A DNA stretch of 64,000 nucleotides, taken from NCBI GenBank assembly GCA_963832275.1, contig CAWHTQ010000019.1:2093337-2157336 (forward strand). The letters run 5' to 3'. How positions within the stretch are numbered: the first letter of the stretch is position 1; each line of letters starts with the position of its first letter. The notes under the pieces were generated by a model, which did not search any database, was not told the origin of the DNA, and was given only the letters and a program-made list of their open reading frames with translations. This DNA is from an uncultured Alphaproteobacteria bacterium. Lineage in GTDB: Bacteria; Pseudomonadota; Alphaproteobacteria; Rhodobacterales; Rhodobacteraceae. The position numbers were made by a program, and so were the translations under genes. This document shows positions 9,998 through 19,835 of this stretch, piece by piece.

Positions 9998-10978
9998 CTA
10001 GGCCGCCTCCACCCCCAGGGCCTCCCCCGCCCGCCAGCACGCCACACGCCCGGCGCCCTTCGCCTCCAGCGGCGGGCGCTCCCTCCGGCACCGCTCCACG
10101 GCCAGCGGACAGCGGGGGTTGTACGCGCACCCCGAGGGCGGATCGATCGGGTCGGGGATCTCGCCCACCGGCGGCGGGACCTCGCGCCCGAACCCGTCCA
10201 GCTTCGGCGCCGCGTCCAGCAGCATCCGCGTGTAGGGGTGCTGCGGCGCGCCGAACAGGTCGTCCGGCGCCGCCTCCTCCACCAGCCGGCCGAGGTAGAG
10301 CACCCCGATCCGGTCCGCCATGTGCCGCACCACCGTCAGGTCGTGGGAGATGAACACGTAGGTCAGCCCCAGCTCGTCCTTCAGGTCGCTCATCAGGTTC
10401 AGCACCTGCGCCTGCACCGACACGTCGAGCGCGCTCGTCGGCTCGTCGCACACGATCAGCCGCGGCCCCGAGGCCAGCGCCCGCGCCACGCAGATGCGCT
10501 GCCGCTGCCCGCCCGAGAACTGGTGCGGGAACTTCCCCGCATCCTCCGCCGCCAGCCCCACCTGCTCCAAGAGCCGCTCCGCGACGCCGGCGGTGTCCGC
10601 CCCGCGCGCGGCCAGCGGCTCCGCCACGATGTCCCCCACCCGCCAGCGCGGGTTCAGGCTCGCATAGGGGTCCTGGAAGATCATCTGCACCTCGGCCCGC
10701 ACGTCCGCCGCCCGCGGCCCCGCGATGTCCGTGCCCGCGATCTCCACCGACCCCTCCGTGGGCCGCAGCAGCCCCACGATCATCTTCCCGATGGTCGACT
10801 TGCCCGACCCGCTCTCGCCGACCAGCGCGTAGGTCGTCCGCTCGCCCACGTCGAAGGACACGTCCGACACCGCCGTCAGCATCCGCTTCGGCAACCGCTC
10901 GATCACCCGGTTGAGCCAGGGCTTCGAGACGTCGAACACCCGGCTCAGCCCCCGGACGCAGACGAGCGGCGCGCTCAT
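9998..10978 (-). CDS. dppF: Dipeptide/oligopeptide ABC transporter ATP-binding protein
   Basis: Walker A GESGSGKST, signature FSGGQRQR, Walker B IVCDEPTSALD, and a C-terminal oligopeptide_F extension with CPLAVERC. Confidence 0.85.
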   Translation of the reverse strand: MSAPLVCVRGLSRVFDVSKPWLNRVIERLPKRMLTAVSDVSFDVGERTTYALVGESGSGKSTIGKMIVGLLRPTEGSVEIAGTDIAGPRAADVRAEVQMIFQDPYASLNPRWRVGDIVAEPLAARGADTAGVAERLLEQVGLAAEDAGKFPHQFSGGQRQRICVARALASGPRLIVCDEPTSALDVSVQAQVLNLMSDLKDELGLTYVFISHDLTVVRHMADRIGVLYLGRLVEEAAPDDLFGAPQHPYTRMLLDAAPKLDGFGREVPPPVGEIPDPIDPPSGCAYNPRCPLAVERCRRERPPLEAKGAGRVACWRAGEALGVEAA

Positions 10979-10984
10979 GCGGAC

Positions 10985-11078
10985 GTGCCGCGCCATGCGC
11001 ACGCCATGCGCATGGGATGTGCATGCGATGTGCATGGGTTGTGCATCAGCATTTCACGCCGCATCGGCCGCGCCCACC
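10985..11078. repeat. Intergenic element with tandem CCATGCAC(A)-type units (copy 1)
   Basis: gccatgcgcacgccatgcgcatgggatgtgcatgcgatgtgcatgggttgtgcatcagcat, flanked by cggccgcgccc. Its reverse complement shares the exact 19-mer CCATGCACAACCCATGCAC and the flank GGCGCGGCCG with the copy at 49.6 kb. Confidence 0.5.
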
Positions 11079-12032
11079 GGGAACCAGCACGCCGCGCGCC
11101 CCCCGTCCGCCGCGAGCGTCGGTCCCGGCTCCGCGCGACATCGGGCCGCCGCCCGCGGGCACCGCGGATGGAACGCGCACCCCTGCGGCAGCGCCCCCAG
11201 CCGCGGCATCGCGCCCGGTATCTGGTGCAGCCGCGCCCGCCCCGCCGAGGCCGCGGGCGTCGCCCCCATCAGCCCCTCGGTATAGGGATGCCTTGGATTC
11301 CCAAGGACTTCGCGCACCGGCCCCAGCTCCGCCAGCCGTCCGGCATACATCACCGCGACCCGGTCGGCCGTCTCCGCGATCACGCCCATGTCATGCGTCA
11401 CCAGCATCACCGCCGTCCCCCGCTCCCGGCAGAGCCGCCGCAGCAGCGCCGTGATCTGCGCCTGCACGCTCACGTCCAGCGCCGTCGTCGGCTCGTCCGC
11501 GATCACCAGATCCGGCTCCGCGCACAGCGCCAGCGCGATCACCACCCGCTGCCGCATTCCGCCGGAGAACTCATGGGGATACGAGCCGATCCTCTCGGCC
11601 GCCGAGGGAATGCCGACCTCCTCCAGCGCCGCCACCGCACGCGCTTCGCGCCTCCGATTGGGACACGTCGAGATGCGTCCGCACCGTCTCCGCGATCTGC
11701 TCGCCGATGGGCAGGAGCGGGTTGAGCGAGGTCAGCGGGTCCTGGAACACCATCCCGATCCGCTTGCCCCGGATGCGCCGCATCGCGGCCGGCGCGGCGT
11801 CGTCGATCCGCTCCCCGTTCAGCAGGACCCGCCCCGACGCGATCCGCGCCGGCGGGTCCAGCAGCCCGATGACCGCGTTCCCCGTCATGGACTTGCCCGC
11901 CCCGGACTCGCCGACGACCCCCAGGATCTCCCCAGGCGCGATGGTCCAGGACACGCCGTCCACCGGTCGGACGATGCCGCCGCGCGTGGGGATCTCGACC
12001 GTCAGGTCCCGCAGCTCGAGGACCGGGATCAT
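11054..12032 (-). pseudogene. dppD: Dipeptide ABC transporter ATP-binding protein, one frameshift
   Basis: N-terminal MIPVLELRDLTVEI...GESGAGKSM... and C-terminal ...FSGGMRQRVVIALAL...ADEPTTALD lie in different frames. A single-base insertion near 11640 (gaggcgcga-agcg-cgtgcgg). ATGA overlap at the start. Confidence 0.75.
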
Positions 12033-13003
12033 CGCAGCCGAGGGTTCAGGGCGTCGCGCAGCCAGTCGCCCAGCAGGTTCACCGCCAGCGCCAGCGCCAG
12101 GAGCGTCAGGGCCGGGAACAGCAGGATCCACCACTCCCCGGAGAACAGGAACCCCTGGCCGATGCGGATCAGCGTGCCGAGGGAGGGCTGCGTCGGCGGC
12201 GCGCCGACGCCGAGGAAGCTCAGCGTCGCCTCCGCGATGATCGCCAGCGCCAGCGAGATCGTCGCGATCACCAGCACGGGCGAGAGCACGTTCGGCAGGA
12301 TGTGGCGCAGCATGATCGCGGGGCCGGTCCGGCCGATCAGGCGCGCGGCGGCCACGTACTCCTTGTTCGCCTCGACCATCGCCGCGCCGCGCACGACGCG
12401 GGCGAACTGCACCCAGTCGCCCAGCCCGATGGCGAGGATCAGGACCCAGATCGCCATCTGGTCGCGGTACTCGACCGGGGTGAACCCCTTGGCGATGCCG
12501 AAGACCAGCATGGCCACCAGGATCGACGGGAAGGTCAGCTGCACGTCCGCGACGCGCATGATGATCGTGCCGGTCCAGCCGCCGACATAGCCCGCGATCA
12601 GGCCGAGCGTGACGCCCAGCACCATCGCGAAGGCGACCGCCGCCGCGCCGACGAACAGCGAGATGCGCAGCCCGTGGAGGATGGTGGAGAACACGTCCCG
12701 CCCCTGATCGTCCGTGCCCAGCACGAAGCTCTCCCCGGTGAAGGCGTTGGGCTCCATCGGCCGGGAGAAGCCGTTCATCAGGTCGAGCGTGGCGGGGTCG
12801 AACGGGTCGTGCGGCGCGATGAGCGGCGCGAAGATCGCGGCCAGCACCAGGAGGGCGGTCACGGTCGCCGCCGCCATCGCGACGGGCGAGCGGCGGAAGC
12901 TGTAGGCGACGTCGCTGTCCCAGGCCGTGCGCAACCGTCCGGGGGCGGCGATCGCCTCCTGCGCGGCGAGGGCCGTGCGCGTCTCGGTGGGGACGTCCGT
13001 CAC
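12029..13003 (-). CDS. dppC: Dipeptide ABC transporter permease
   Basis: BPD_transp_1 permease ...GTDDQGRDVFS... with 6 TM segments. GTG at 13003 overlaps the dppB stop (GTGA). Confidence 0.85.
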   Translation of the reverse strand: MTDVPTETRTALAAQEAIAAPGRLRTAWDSDVAYSFRRSPVAMAAATVTALLVLAAIFAPLIAPHDPFDPATLDLMNGFSRPMEPNAFTGESFVLGTDDQGRDVFSTILHGLRISLFVGAAAVAFAMVLGVTLGLIAGYVGGWTGTIIMRVADVQLTFPSILVAMLVFGIAKGFTPVEYRDQMAIWVLILAIGLGDWVQFARVVRGAAMVEANKEYVAAARLIGRTGPAIMLRHILPNVLSPVLVIATISLALAIIAEATLSFLGVGAPPTQPSLGTLIRIGQGFLFSGEWWILLFPALTLLALALAVNLLGDWLRDALNPRLR

Positions 13004-13977
13004 GCCGCGCGCCCGTCGATCCGAAGGCGCGGGTCCACCATCACGTAGAGCACGTCCACGATCAGGTTGATGGCGACGAACATGACCGAGATCAGCATCA
13101 GGTAGGCGGCCATCACCGGGATGTCGACGAACTGCACCGCGTTGATGAACAGGAGGCCCACGCCCGGCCACTGGAAGACCGTCTCGGTGATGATGGCGAA
13201 GGCGATGATCGAGCCGAGCTGCAGCCCCGTCACGGTGATGACCGGCACCATCGTGTTGCGCAGCGCGTGGCGGAAGTTGACCGACCTCTCGCGGAGCCCC
13301 CGGGCGCGGGCGAAGCGGATGTAGTCCTGGCGCAGGACCTCGAGCATCTCGGAGCGCACGAGCCGCATGATCAGGGTCATCTGGTAGAGGCCGAGCGTGA
13401 TCGACGGCAGGATCAACGCCTTGAGGCCGCTCTCGGTCAGGAAGCCGGTCGTCCAGCCGCCCACGCGCACCACGTCGCCGCGCCCGAAGGAGGGCAGCCA
13501 GCCGAGCTCCACCGAGAACAGCCAGATCAGGAGGATGCCGATCAGGAAGGTCGGCAGGCTGACCCCGATCAGGGAGGCGGACATGACGATCGAGGAGAGC
13601 GCGCCGCCCCGGCGGATCGCGGTCAGCACGCCCAGGCCCACGCCGACCGAGATCGCGAGGAAGCCCGAGACGGCCGCCAGCTCGAGCGTGGCGGGCGCGC
13701 GCTCGATGAGGATCTCCGCGACGGGGCGCGATTGCCGGTAGGATATGCCGAAATCGCCCTGGATGGCGCGGCCGAGGAAGCGCGCGTACTGCACCGGGAA
13801 GGGATCGTTCAGGCCGAGCGCCTCGCGCAGGCGCTCGACGTCCTCGATCGTGCGCTCCTGGCCGAGCAGGTTCTCGACCGGGTCGCCCACGAAGCGGAAC
13901 ATCGAGAACGCGACCAGCCCGACGGCCAGCAGCACGATCACCGATTGCAGGACGCGCCGTATGATGAAGGCCAGCAT
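13000..13977 (-). CDS. dppB: Dipeptide ABC transporter permease
   Basis: 325 aa MLAFIIRRVLQSVIVLLAVGLVAF..., the typical DppB/OppB N-terminus and EAA loop. Confidence 0.85.
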   Translation of the reverse strand: MLAFIIRRVLQSVIVLLAVGLVAFSMFRFVGDPVENLLGQERTIEDVERLREALGLNDPFPVQYARFLGRAIQGDFGISYRQSRPVAEILIERAPATLELAAVSGFLAISVGVGLGVLTAIRRGGALSSIVMSASLIGVSLPTFLIGILLIWLFSVELGWLPSFGRGDVVRVGGWTTGFLTESGLKALILPSITLGLYQMTLIMRLVRSEMLEVLRQDYIRFARARGLRERSVNFRHALRNTMVPVITVTGLQLGSIIAFAIITETVFQWPGVGLLFINAVQFVDIPVMAAYLMLISVMFVAINLIVDVLYVMVDPRLRIDGRAA

Positions 13978-14052
13978 GGGCCGAGCGTGGGCGCCGGGGC
14001 CGGGGGGGTCAAGCGCGCATCGCGCCGGTCCCCGCGCCCCGGCGCCGGGCGC

Positions 14053-15606
14053 TCACTCCATGCTCGCCCAGCGCAGGATCAGGAAGTTGTCGGGCCGCTG
14101 CACGACCTCCACGCCGTCGCGCACGCCCCAGATCAGGGGCTCGACATAGAGCGGCACGTAGGCCTGCTCGTCCTGGAGGATGCCGGCCGTCTCGTCGAGC
14201 ATCGCCTGCCGAGCGCCCTCGTCCAGCTCGGACTGGATGGCGGGCAGCAGCTCGTCGATCCGGGCGCTGGAGTAGCCGCCGAAGTTCCAGGTGCCCAGGT
14301 CGCCCTCGGGCGTGGCCGCGAGGAAGCGCAGCGGATGCTCGGCGTCGAACGTGCCGGGCGACCAGCCCAGGAGGTACATGTCGAAATCGCCCTCGCGGAG
14401 GCGATCCCAGTACTGCGAGACGGGCATCGCCTCGAGCCGGGCCTCCATGCCGGCGCGCGCGAGCATGGCGGTGATCGCCTGGCAGACGCTCTCGTCGGCG
14501 ATGTAGCGGTCGTTGGTGCACTTGAAGCCGAAGGCGAACCCGTCCGGGTAGCCGGCCTCCGCGAGGAGCGCGCGGGCGGCGTCGGGATCGTAGGCCGGGC
14601 GGGCGGCCAGGGCGGGGGTGTAGCCGCGCATCGCGGGGCTGACGAGCTGCGAGGCCTCCTCGGCCGAGCCGCGCATGATCTGCTGGAGGATCGCCGGAAC
14701 GTTCACCGCATGCGCCACGGCCTGGCGCACGCGCGCGTCGCGGAACGGGTTGGGCCCCTGATCGCCATAGCGCAGCGCCTCCGCCCGATGCGGGAAGCCC
14801 AGCATGATGACCCGCGCCTCGATCCCGCGGATCACCTCGACCTCCGGGGCGGCATCCAGGCGGTCCGCGTCCTGGATCGGCACGGGGTCGATCAGGTCGA
14901 CATCGCCCGACAGGAGCGCCGCGACCGCCGTGGCCGGGTTCTGGATCGGGGTCACGACGATCCGCGCGAGGTTGCCGCGATCCTCGCCCCACCAGCCCTC
15001 GAAGGGCTCGAGCACGGTGCGCAGGTCCGGCTGCCGCTCCACCAGGCGGTAGGCGCCCGTGCCGTTGGCGTTGAGGGTGGCGAAGGTCTCGCCGTCCTTG
15101 ACCGGCCGCTCGGTGCCGTTCGCCTCGGCCCAGCCGGAATCCATGATCATCCAGTTGGCGATGCTGTCCGGGAACAGGGGGTTCGGCGCGGTGGTGAAGA
15201 CGTCCACCGTGTAGTCGTCCACCGCCTCCATCCGGTCGACCGGCGCGAACCAGGACGCGGTGTCGGCGGTCTCCGAGGAGGCGCGCTCGTAGGAGAAGAT
15301 CACGTCCTGCGCGTCGAACGCCTCGCCGCCCTGGAAGGTCACCCCTTCGCGCAGGGTGAAGCGCCAGCCGGCGCCGTCCGGCAGCGCCTCCCAGGCGGTC
15401 GCGAGCGAGGGCTCGATGGTCATGTCGCGGCCGCGGCGCACCAGACCCTCGTAGACGTTGTTCAGGAAGCCCAGGACGGGCGCCGCGTTGACGGCATGCG
15501 GGTCCATCGTCTGCGGGTCGGTGCGCGGCGCCCAGCGCAGCTCCTGCGCGGCGGCGGGGGCGGCGATGGCCGCGAGGAGGGCGGCGGCGGCGAGCGGTCT
15601 GGTCAT
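14053..15606 (-). CDS. Peptide/nickel ABC transporter substrate-binding protein (family 5), paralog 1
   Basis: Signal peptide MTRPLAAAALLAAIAAPAAAQ and an SBP_bac_5 domain. ATG at 15606. Confidence 0.85.
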   Translation of the reverse strand: MTRPLAAAALLAAIAAPAAAQELRWAPRTDPQTMDPHAVNAAPVLGFLNNVYEGLVRRGRDMTIEPSLATAWEALPDGAGWRFTLREGVTFQGGEAFDAQDVIFSYERASSETADTASWFAPVDRMEAVDDYTVDVFTTAPNPLFPDSIANWMIMDSGWAEANGTERPVKDGETFATLNANGTGAYRLVERQPDLRTVLEPFEGWWGEDRGNLARIVVTPIQNPATAVAALLSGDVDLIDPVPIQDADRLDAAPEVEVIRGIEARVIMLGFPHRAEALRYGDQGPNPFRDARVRQAVAHAVNVPAILQQIMRGSAEEASQLVSPAMRGYTPALAARPAYDPDAARALLAEAGYPDGFAFGFKCTNDRYIADESVCQAITAMLARAGMEARLEAMPVSQYWDRLREGDFDMYLLGWSPGTFDAEHPLRFLAATPEGDLGTWNFGGYSSARIDELLPAIQSELDEGARQAMLDETAGILQDEQAYVPLYVEPLIWGVRDGVEVVQRPDNFLILRWASME

Positions 15607-15734
15607 GGGGGTCCCGGGTGCTGCGCCGCGCGGGGGTGCCGGCGGCGCAGGGGACCCCGCCGACACCCCCGTGACAACCCGCCGCAGGCGGGCGGGCGGT
15701 CACGGACGTGTGAGGCGCAGGGGCGCGAGCGCCC

Positions 15735-17315
15735 TCAGTTCGCCGTGAAGTACTTGATCTTCGGCTGGTCCTCGACCGAGACGTCGCTGTCGAACGCTGC
15801 GGAATAGCCCCAGTTCAGCACCTGGTTGTGCAGCGGCAGGTAGAGCACCTCGTCCTGCACGGTGCCCCAGATCTCGGCGATGGACGCGTCGCGCGCCTCC
15901 ATGTCCGTCTCCGAGGCGAGGGCCACGATGGCCTCGTCCAGGTCGGCGTTCGAGTAGCCGGTCGCGTTCCAGGACCCGCGGGCGTCGTCACGGGTGTGGA
16001 CCAGGAAGTTGAAGACGTACTCCGAGTCGAAGGTCGGCACGCCCCAGCCCAGCATGAAGAAGTCGGTCCCGCCGCCGGTGATCAGGGGGAAGTGCTGCGC
16101 CTTGGACTTGGCATCGAGGTTCACCGTGATCCCGATGCGCCCCAGCATCCCGACCACCGCCTGGCAGATCGGCTCGTCGTTGATGTAGCGGTCGTTCGGA
16201 CAGTCGAGCCGGATGGTGAACCCGTCCGGGTACCCGGCCTCGGCCAGCAGGGCGCGCGCGCCCTCGGCGTCGGCGGGGCGCACCTCGTCGAGGGCCTCGG
16301 TCCAGCCGTTGACGAAGGGCGGCATGATGACGCCCGTGGGCGCCGACTGCCCCCGCATCACGACCTGCTGGATCGCGGCCCGGTCGATCGCCATGTCCAT
16401 CGCCCGGCGCACGCGCACGTCCGCGAGCGGGTTGGCGCCGTCCACGTCGTCGGCCTCGATATCGTCCGCGCCCACGTTCATCCCGAGGAAGATCGTGCGG
16501 TTCTGGTCGGTGGTCTTGACCGACAGGCCGTCGGCGGCCGCGACGCGCTCCAGGTCCTGCACCGGCACGTCCTGGATGAAGTCGACCTCGCCCGACAGGA
16601 GGGCCGCGACGCGGGTGGCGGCGTTCTGGATCGGCGTGAACTCGACGCGCGTGACGCCCAGGGGGAACGCGCCGATCCCCCAGTAGTCCGGGTTCGCCTC
16701 GAGGATCGTGCGCACGTCCGGCTCGCGGCTGACCAGCGTGTAGGCGCCCGTGCCGTTGGCGTTCTGCGTGGCGTAGGTGCTCTCGCCCTCGTTGTAGTTC
16801 TGGACCTCGGTGACGCCGTTCGCCTCGGCCCAGCCGGAATCCATCATCATCAGGTTCGTCAGGTTCGCCGGCAGGATCGGGTTCGGCCCGTCGGTGACGA
16901 ACTCGACCGTGGTGTCGTCGACCACCCGGACCTCGACGATGGAGTTGAGCAGCTCCTTGTAGGCCGAGTTCTCCGACTGCGCGCGGCCGATGGAGAAGGC
17001 CACGTCCTCGGCGGTGAACGCCTCGCCGCCGTGGAAGGTGACCCCCGGCCGAAGGGAGAAGGTCCACACGTTCGGGTCCGCCTCGGAGACGGCCCAGTCG
17101 GTCGCCAGCGCCGCCTCGAGCTCGCCCGCGTCGTCGCGCACGATCAGCGGCTCGTAGATCTGGTGGCTCAGGGTCGAGGTCGGCCCCTCGTTCTGCGCGT
17201 GCGGATCGAGGGTCAGGGCGTCGCCCGCGCGGGCCCATCGCAGGGTCTCGGCGGAGGCGGCGGTGCTGCTGAGGAGCGCGGCGGCGAGGCCGGCGGCGAA
17301 GGTGGTCCGGGTCAT
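15735..17315 (-). CDS. Peptide/nickel ABC transporter substrate-binding protein (family 5), paralog 2
   Basis: Signal peptide MTRTTFAAGLAAALLSSTAASA. Collinear similarity to the downstream SBP (about 50% identity by eye). GAGGGAG RBS. Confidence 0.85.
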   Translation of the reverse strand: MTRTTFAAGLAAALLSSTAASAETLRWARAGDALTLDPHAQNEGPTSTLSHQIYEPLIVRDDAGELEAALATDWAVSEADPNVWTFSLRPGVTFHGGEAFTAEDVAFSIGRAQSENSAYKELLNSIVEVRVVDDTTVEFVTDGPNPILPANLTNLMMMDSGWAEANGVTEVQNYNEGESTYATQNANGTGAYTLVSREPDVRTILEANPDYWGIGAFPLGVTRVEFTPIQNAATRVAALLSGEVDFIQDVPVQDLERVAAADGLSVKTTDQNRTIFLGMNVGADDIEADDVDGANPLADVRVRRAMDMAIDRAAIQQVVMRGQSAPTGVIMPPFVNGWTEALDEVRPADAEGARALLAEAGYPDGFTIRLDCPNDRYINDEPICQAVVGMLGRIGITVNLDAKSKAQHFPLITGGGTDFFMLGWGVPTFDSEYVFNFLVHTRDDARGSWNATGYSNADLDEAIVALASETDMEARDASIAEIWGTVQDEVLYLPLHNQVLNWGYSAAFDSDVSVEDQPKIKYFTAN

Positions 17316-17467
17316 GGGTGATCTCCCTCATGTTTGTGGCCCGCACGATGGGCGCGGCGGGATGGCGGCGCAAGGCGAGGCGCGCCCGCGCGGGCGTCGC
17401 CGGCCGCCCGCTGGACAAGGACGGGGCATCGCGGGCCATATCGGGCGGAGGGCCGGGGAGGGACGCC

Positions 17468-18763
17468 ATGCTGAAGGTGGGAACGCAGTCCGAATGGATC
17501 GCCCGCGCGCGCGAGGTCCTGCCCGGCGGCGGCTTCGGCAATTTCGACCCCGGCATCGTGATTCGGGACGGGCAGGGCGCGCGGGTGCGCGACGAGGACG
17601 GCCGCGAGTACGTGGACTACCTCATCGGCTCGGGGCCGATGCTCCTCGGCCACGGCCACCCCGAGGTGATCGAGGCCGTGCTGGAGCAGCTGCCCCGCGG
17701 CATGACCTTCTTCGCCTCCAACGCCGCCGGGATCGAGCTCGCCGAGGAGATCGTGCGCGCCGTGCCCTGCGCCGAGACGGTGCGCTACACCGCCTCGGGC
17801 GGCGAGGCGGACATGTACGCGATCCGCCTGGCCCGCGCCTTCACCGGCCGCACGAAGGTGGTGAAGTTCGAGGGTGGCTACCACGGCATGAGCGCGGAGG
17901 CGCAGATGTCCCTCGCGCCGACCCGCCGGTCCAACTTCCCCCGGGCGATTCCCGACAGCGCGGGCATCCCCGCGTCGGTGGCCGAGGAGGTGCTCGTCGC
18001 CCCGTTCAACGACCCCGACTACCTGCGCTCCCTCCTGGACGAGCACGGCCGCGACGTCGCCGGCATCATCCTCGAGCCGCTCCAGCGGATCGTGCCGCCG
18101 GAGGACGGGTTCCTGGAGGCGGTGCGCGCCGAGGCGAGCCGGCACGGCATCGTGCTGATCTTCGACGAGATCGTCACCGGCTTCCGCCTCGCCTATGGCG
18201 GCGCGCAAGAGGCCTACGGCGTGATCCCGGACCTGTGCACGCTCGGCAAGATCGTGGGCGGGGGCTTCCCGCTCGCGGCCGTGGCCGGGCGGCGGGACAT
18301 CATGGCCCATTTCGACCGGGACGCCGTGGGCGAGGGCGGCTGGCTGATGCAGCTCGGCACGCTGTCGGGCGCGCCGGTGGCCGCGGCGGCCGGGCTCAAG
18401 ACGATGGAGGTTCTGCGCCGGGACGGGGCCTACGACACGCTGCGCGCGCGCGGTGGCCGCGTGGCCGAGATGATCGGCCGGCACCTCGGCGCCGCCGGCG
18501 TGCCCCACCGCGTCGTGGGCGATCCGACCCTGTTCGAGACGGTGTTCCACGACCGCCCGGTGCGGACCTATCGCGACACGCTCGCCGGCGAGCACGGACC
18601 GGGCGATGCCGGCGCGGCCCGGCGCTGGAACGCCCGCCTGCGCGTCGAGGGCGTGTTCAAGGCGCCGGGCAAGACCTACCCGTGCCTCGCCCTGACCGAG
18701 GCGGACCTCGCCCTGACCGAGGCCGCGATCGAGGCGGCGGCCGCGAGCGCCGCACTGGACTAG
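17468..18763 (+). CDS. Class-III aminotransferase (glutamate-1-semialdehyde aminomutase-like)
   Basis: MLKVGTQSEW...GSGPMLLGHGHP...ASGGEA...LIFDEIVTGFR...TLGKIVGGG with the PLP-lysine motif. Divergent from the Dpp operon. Confidence 0.8.
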   Translation: MLKVGTQSEWIARAREVLPGGGFGNFDPGIVIRDGQGARVRDEDGREYVDYLIGSGPMLLGHGHPEVIEAVLEQLPRGMTFFASNAAGIELAEEIVRAVPCAETVRYTASGGEADMYAIRLARAFTGRTKVVKFEGGYHGMSAEAQMSLAPTRRSNFPRAIPDSAGIPASVAEEVLVAPFNDPDYLRSLLDEHGRDVAGIILEPLQRIVPPEDGFLEAVRAEASRHGIVLIFDEIVTGFRLAYGGAQEAYGVIPDLCTLGKIVGGGFPLAAVAGRRDIMAHFDRDAVGEGGWLMQLGTLSGAPVAAAAGLKTMEVLRRDGAYDTLRARGGRVAEMIGRHLGAAGVPHRVVGDPTLFETVFHDRPVRTYRDTLAGEHGPGDAGAARRWNARLRVEGVFKAPGKTYPCLALTEADLALTEAAIEAAAASAALD

Positions 18764-18812
18764 CCGGCTCCGCCGGGGCAGCGTGGCGGAAAAATCGTCT
18801 GGGAGGACCGAC

Positions 18813-19832
18813 ATGACCCATATCACCCGCCGCGGCGCGCTCGGCGCGATCGGCGCCGGCGCCGGCGCCGCGCTCCTGGCCGCGCCGGCCTACGCGCAGA
18901 ACCGCAAGATCGCCGTCGGCGCCCTTCGCTTCACCAGCCATGCCGGCACGTTCGTCGCGCTGGAGCAGGGGCATTTCGCCGATGCCGGGCTCGACGTGGA
19001 GCTGCGCTTCTTCCAGGCGGCCGTGCCGATGGCCGCGGCCATTGCGGCGGGCGACGTGGACTACGCCGTGACGGCCATGTCCGGCGGCCTCGTGAACCTG
19101 GCGCAGAAGGACGCGATCCGCATCGTCGGCGGCGGCCTCGTGGAGGAGCCCGGCATCGACGGGCAGCTCATCCTCGCATCGGACGCGGCCTTCCAGGCCG
19201 GGCTGACGGCTCCGGCGATGCTGGATGGTCGCAGCTTCGGCATGTCCACCGCCGGCAGCAGCTTCCACTACATGGGCAGCCGCATCGCCGAGGCGGAGGG
19301 CGCGAGCGTGACCTTCCGCCCGCTGCAGAAGGTGCCCGCGATCATCGGCGCCCTGCAATCGGGGCAGATCGACGCCTGGACCATCGTGCCGCACATCGCC
19401 AAGCCCCTCGCGGCCTCCGGCGCGGTGCACGTCATCGGGGCCGTCGCCGACTACCTGCCCGACTATCAGGTCACGACGCTCTTCACGTCCAAGTCCAACG
19501 CGGACGAGGAGCGAGAGATGACCGCCGCCTTCCTGAGCGCCTATTCCAAGGGCGCGGCCGCCTACAACGCCGCGATGATCGACCAGGCCGGCGGACAGGC
19601 CGGCATCGACGCGATGGTCGCCCTCCTGGCGCCCTATGTCTATCCGGACCGCAGCCTGGAGGACGCCACCGGCCCGATCGTGCTGGGCACGATGCGGCTC
19701 CAGCCGGACGCGCGCCTCGCCATGGATTCGCTGGCCGATCAGCTCGCGTGGTTCCAGTCCGAGGGGCTGGTGGACGCCTCGATCCCCATCGAGACGGTGG
19801 TCGATCCCAGCTATGTCGAGACCGTGGGCTAG
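18813..19832 (+). CDS. ABC transporter substrate-binding protein, NMT1/SsuA-like, Tat-type signal
   Basis: MTHITRRGALGAIGAGAGAALLAAPAYAQ with twin-arginine-like RR. GGGAGGA RBS 7 nt upstream. Confidence 0.8.
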   Translation: MTHITRRGALGAIGAGAGAALLAAPAYAQNRKIAVGALRFTSHAGTFVALEQGHFADAGLDVELRFFQAAVPMAAAIAAGDVDYAVTAMSGGLVNLAQKDAIRIVGGGLVEEPGIDGQLILASDAAFQAGLTAPAMLDGRSFGMSTAGSSFHYMGSRIAEAEGASVTFRPLQKVPAIIGALQSGQIDAWTIVPHIAKPLAASGAVHVIGAVADYLPDYQVTTLFTSKSNADEEREMTAAFLSAYSKGAAAYNAAMIDQAGGQAGIDAMVALLAPYVYPDRSLEDATGPIVLGTMRLQPDARLAMDSLADQLAWFQSEGLVDASIPIETVVDPSYVETVG

Positions 19833-19835
19833 GTC

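Noticed and set aside
10985-11078. CRISPR array
   Set aside because: The repeat units are 10-12 nt with no unique spacers, there are only two loci, and no cas genes are present. This is a microsatellite/REP-like element, not CRISPR.
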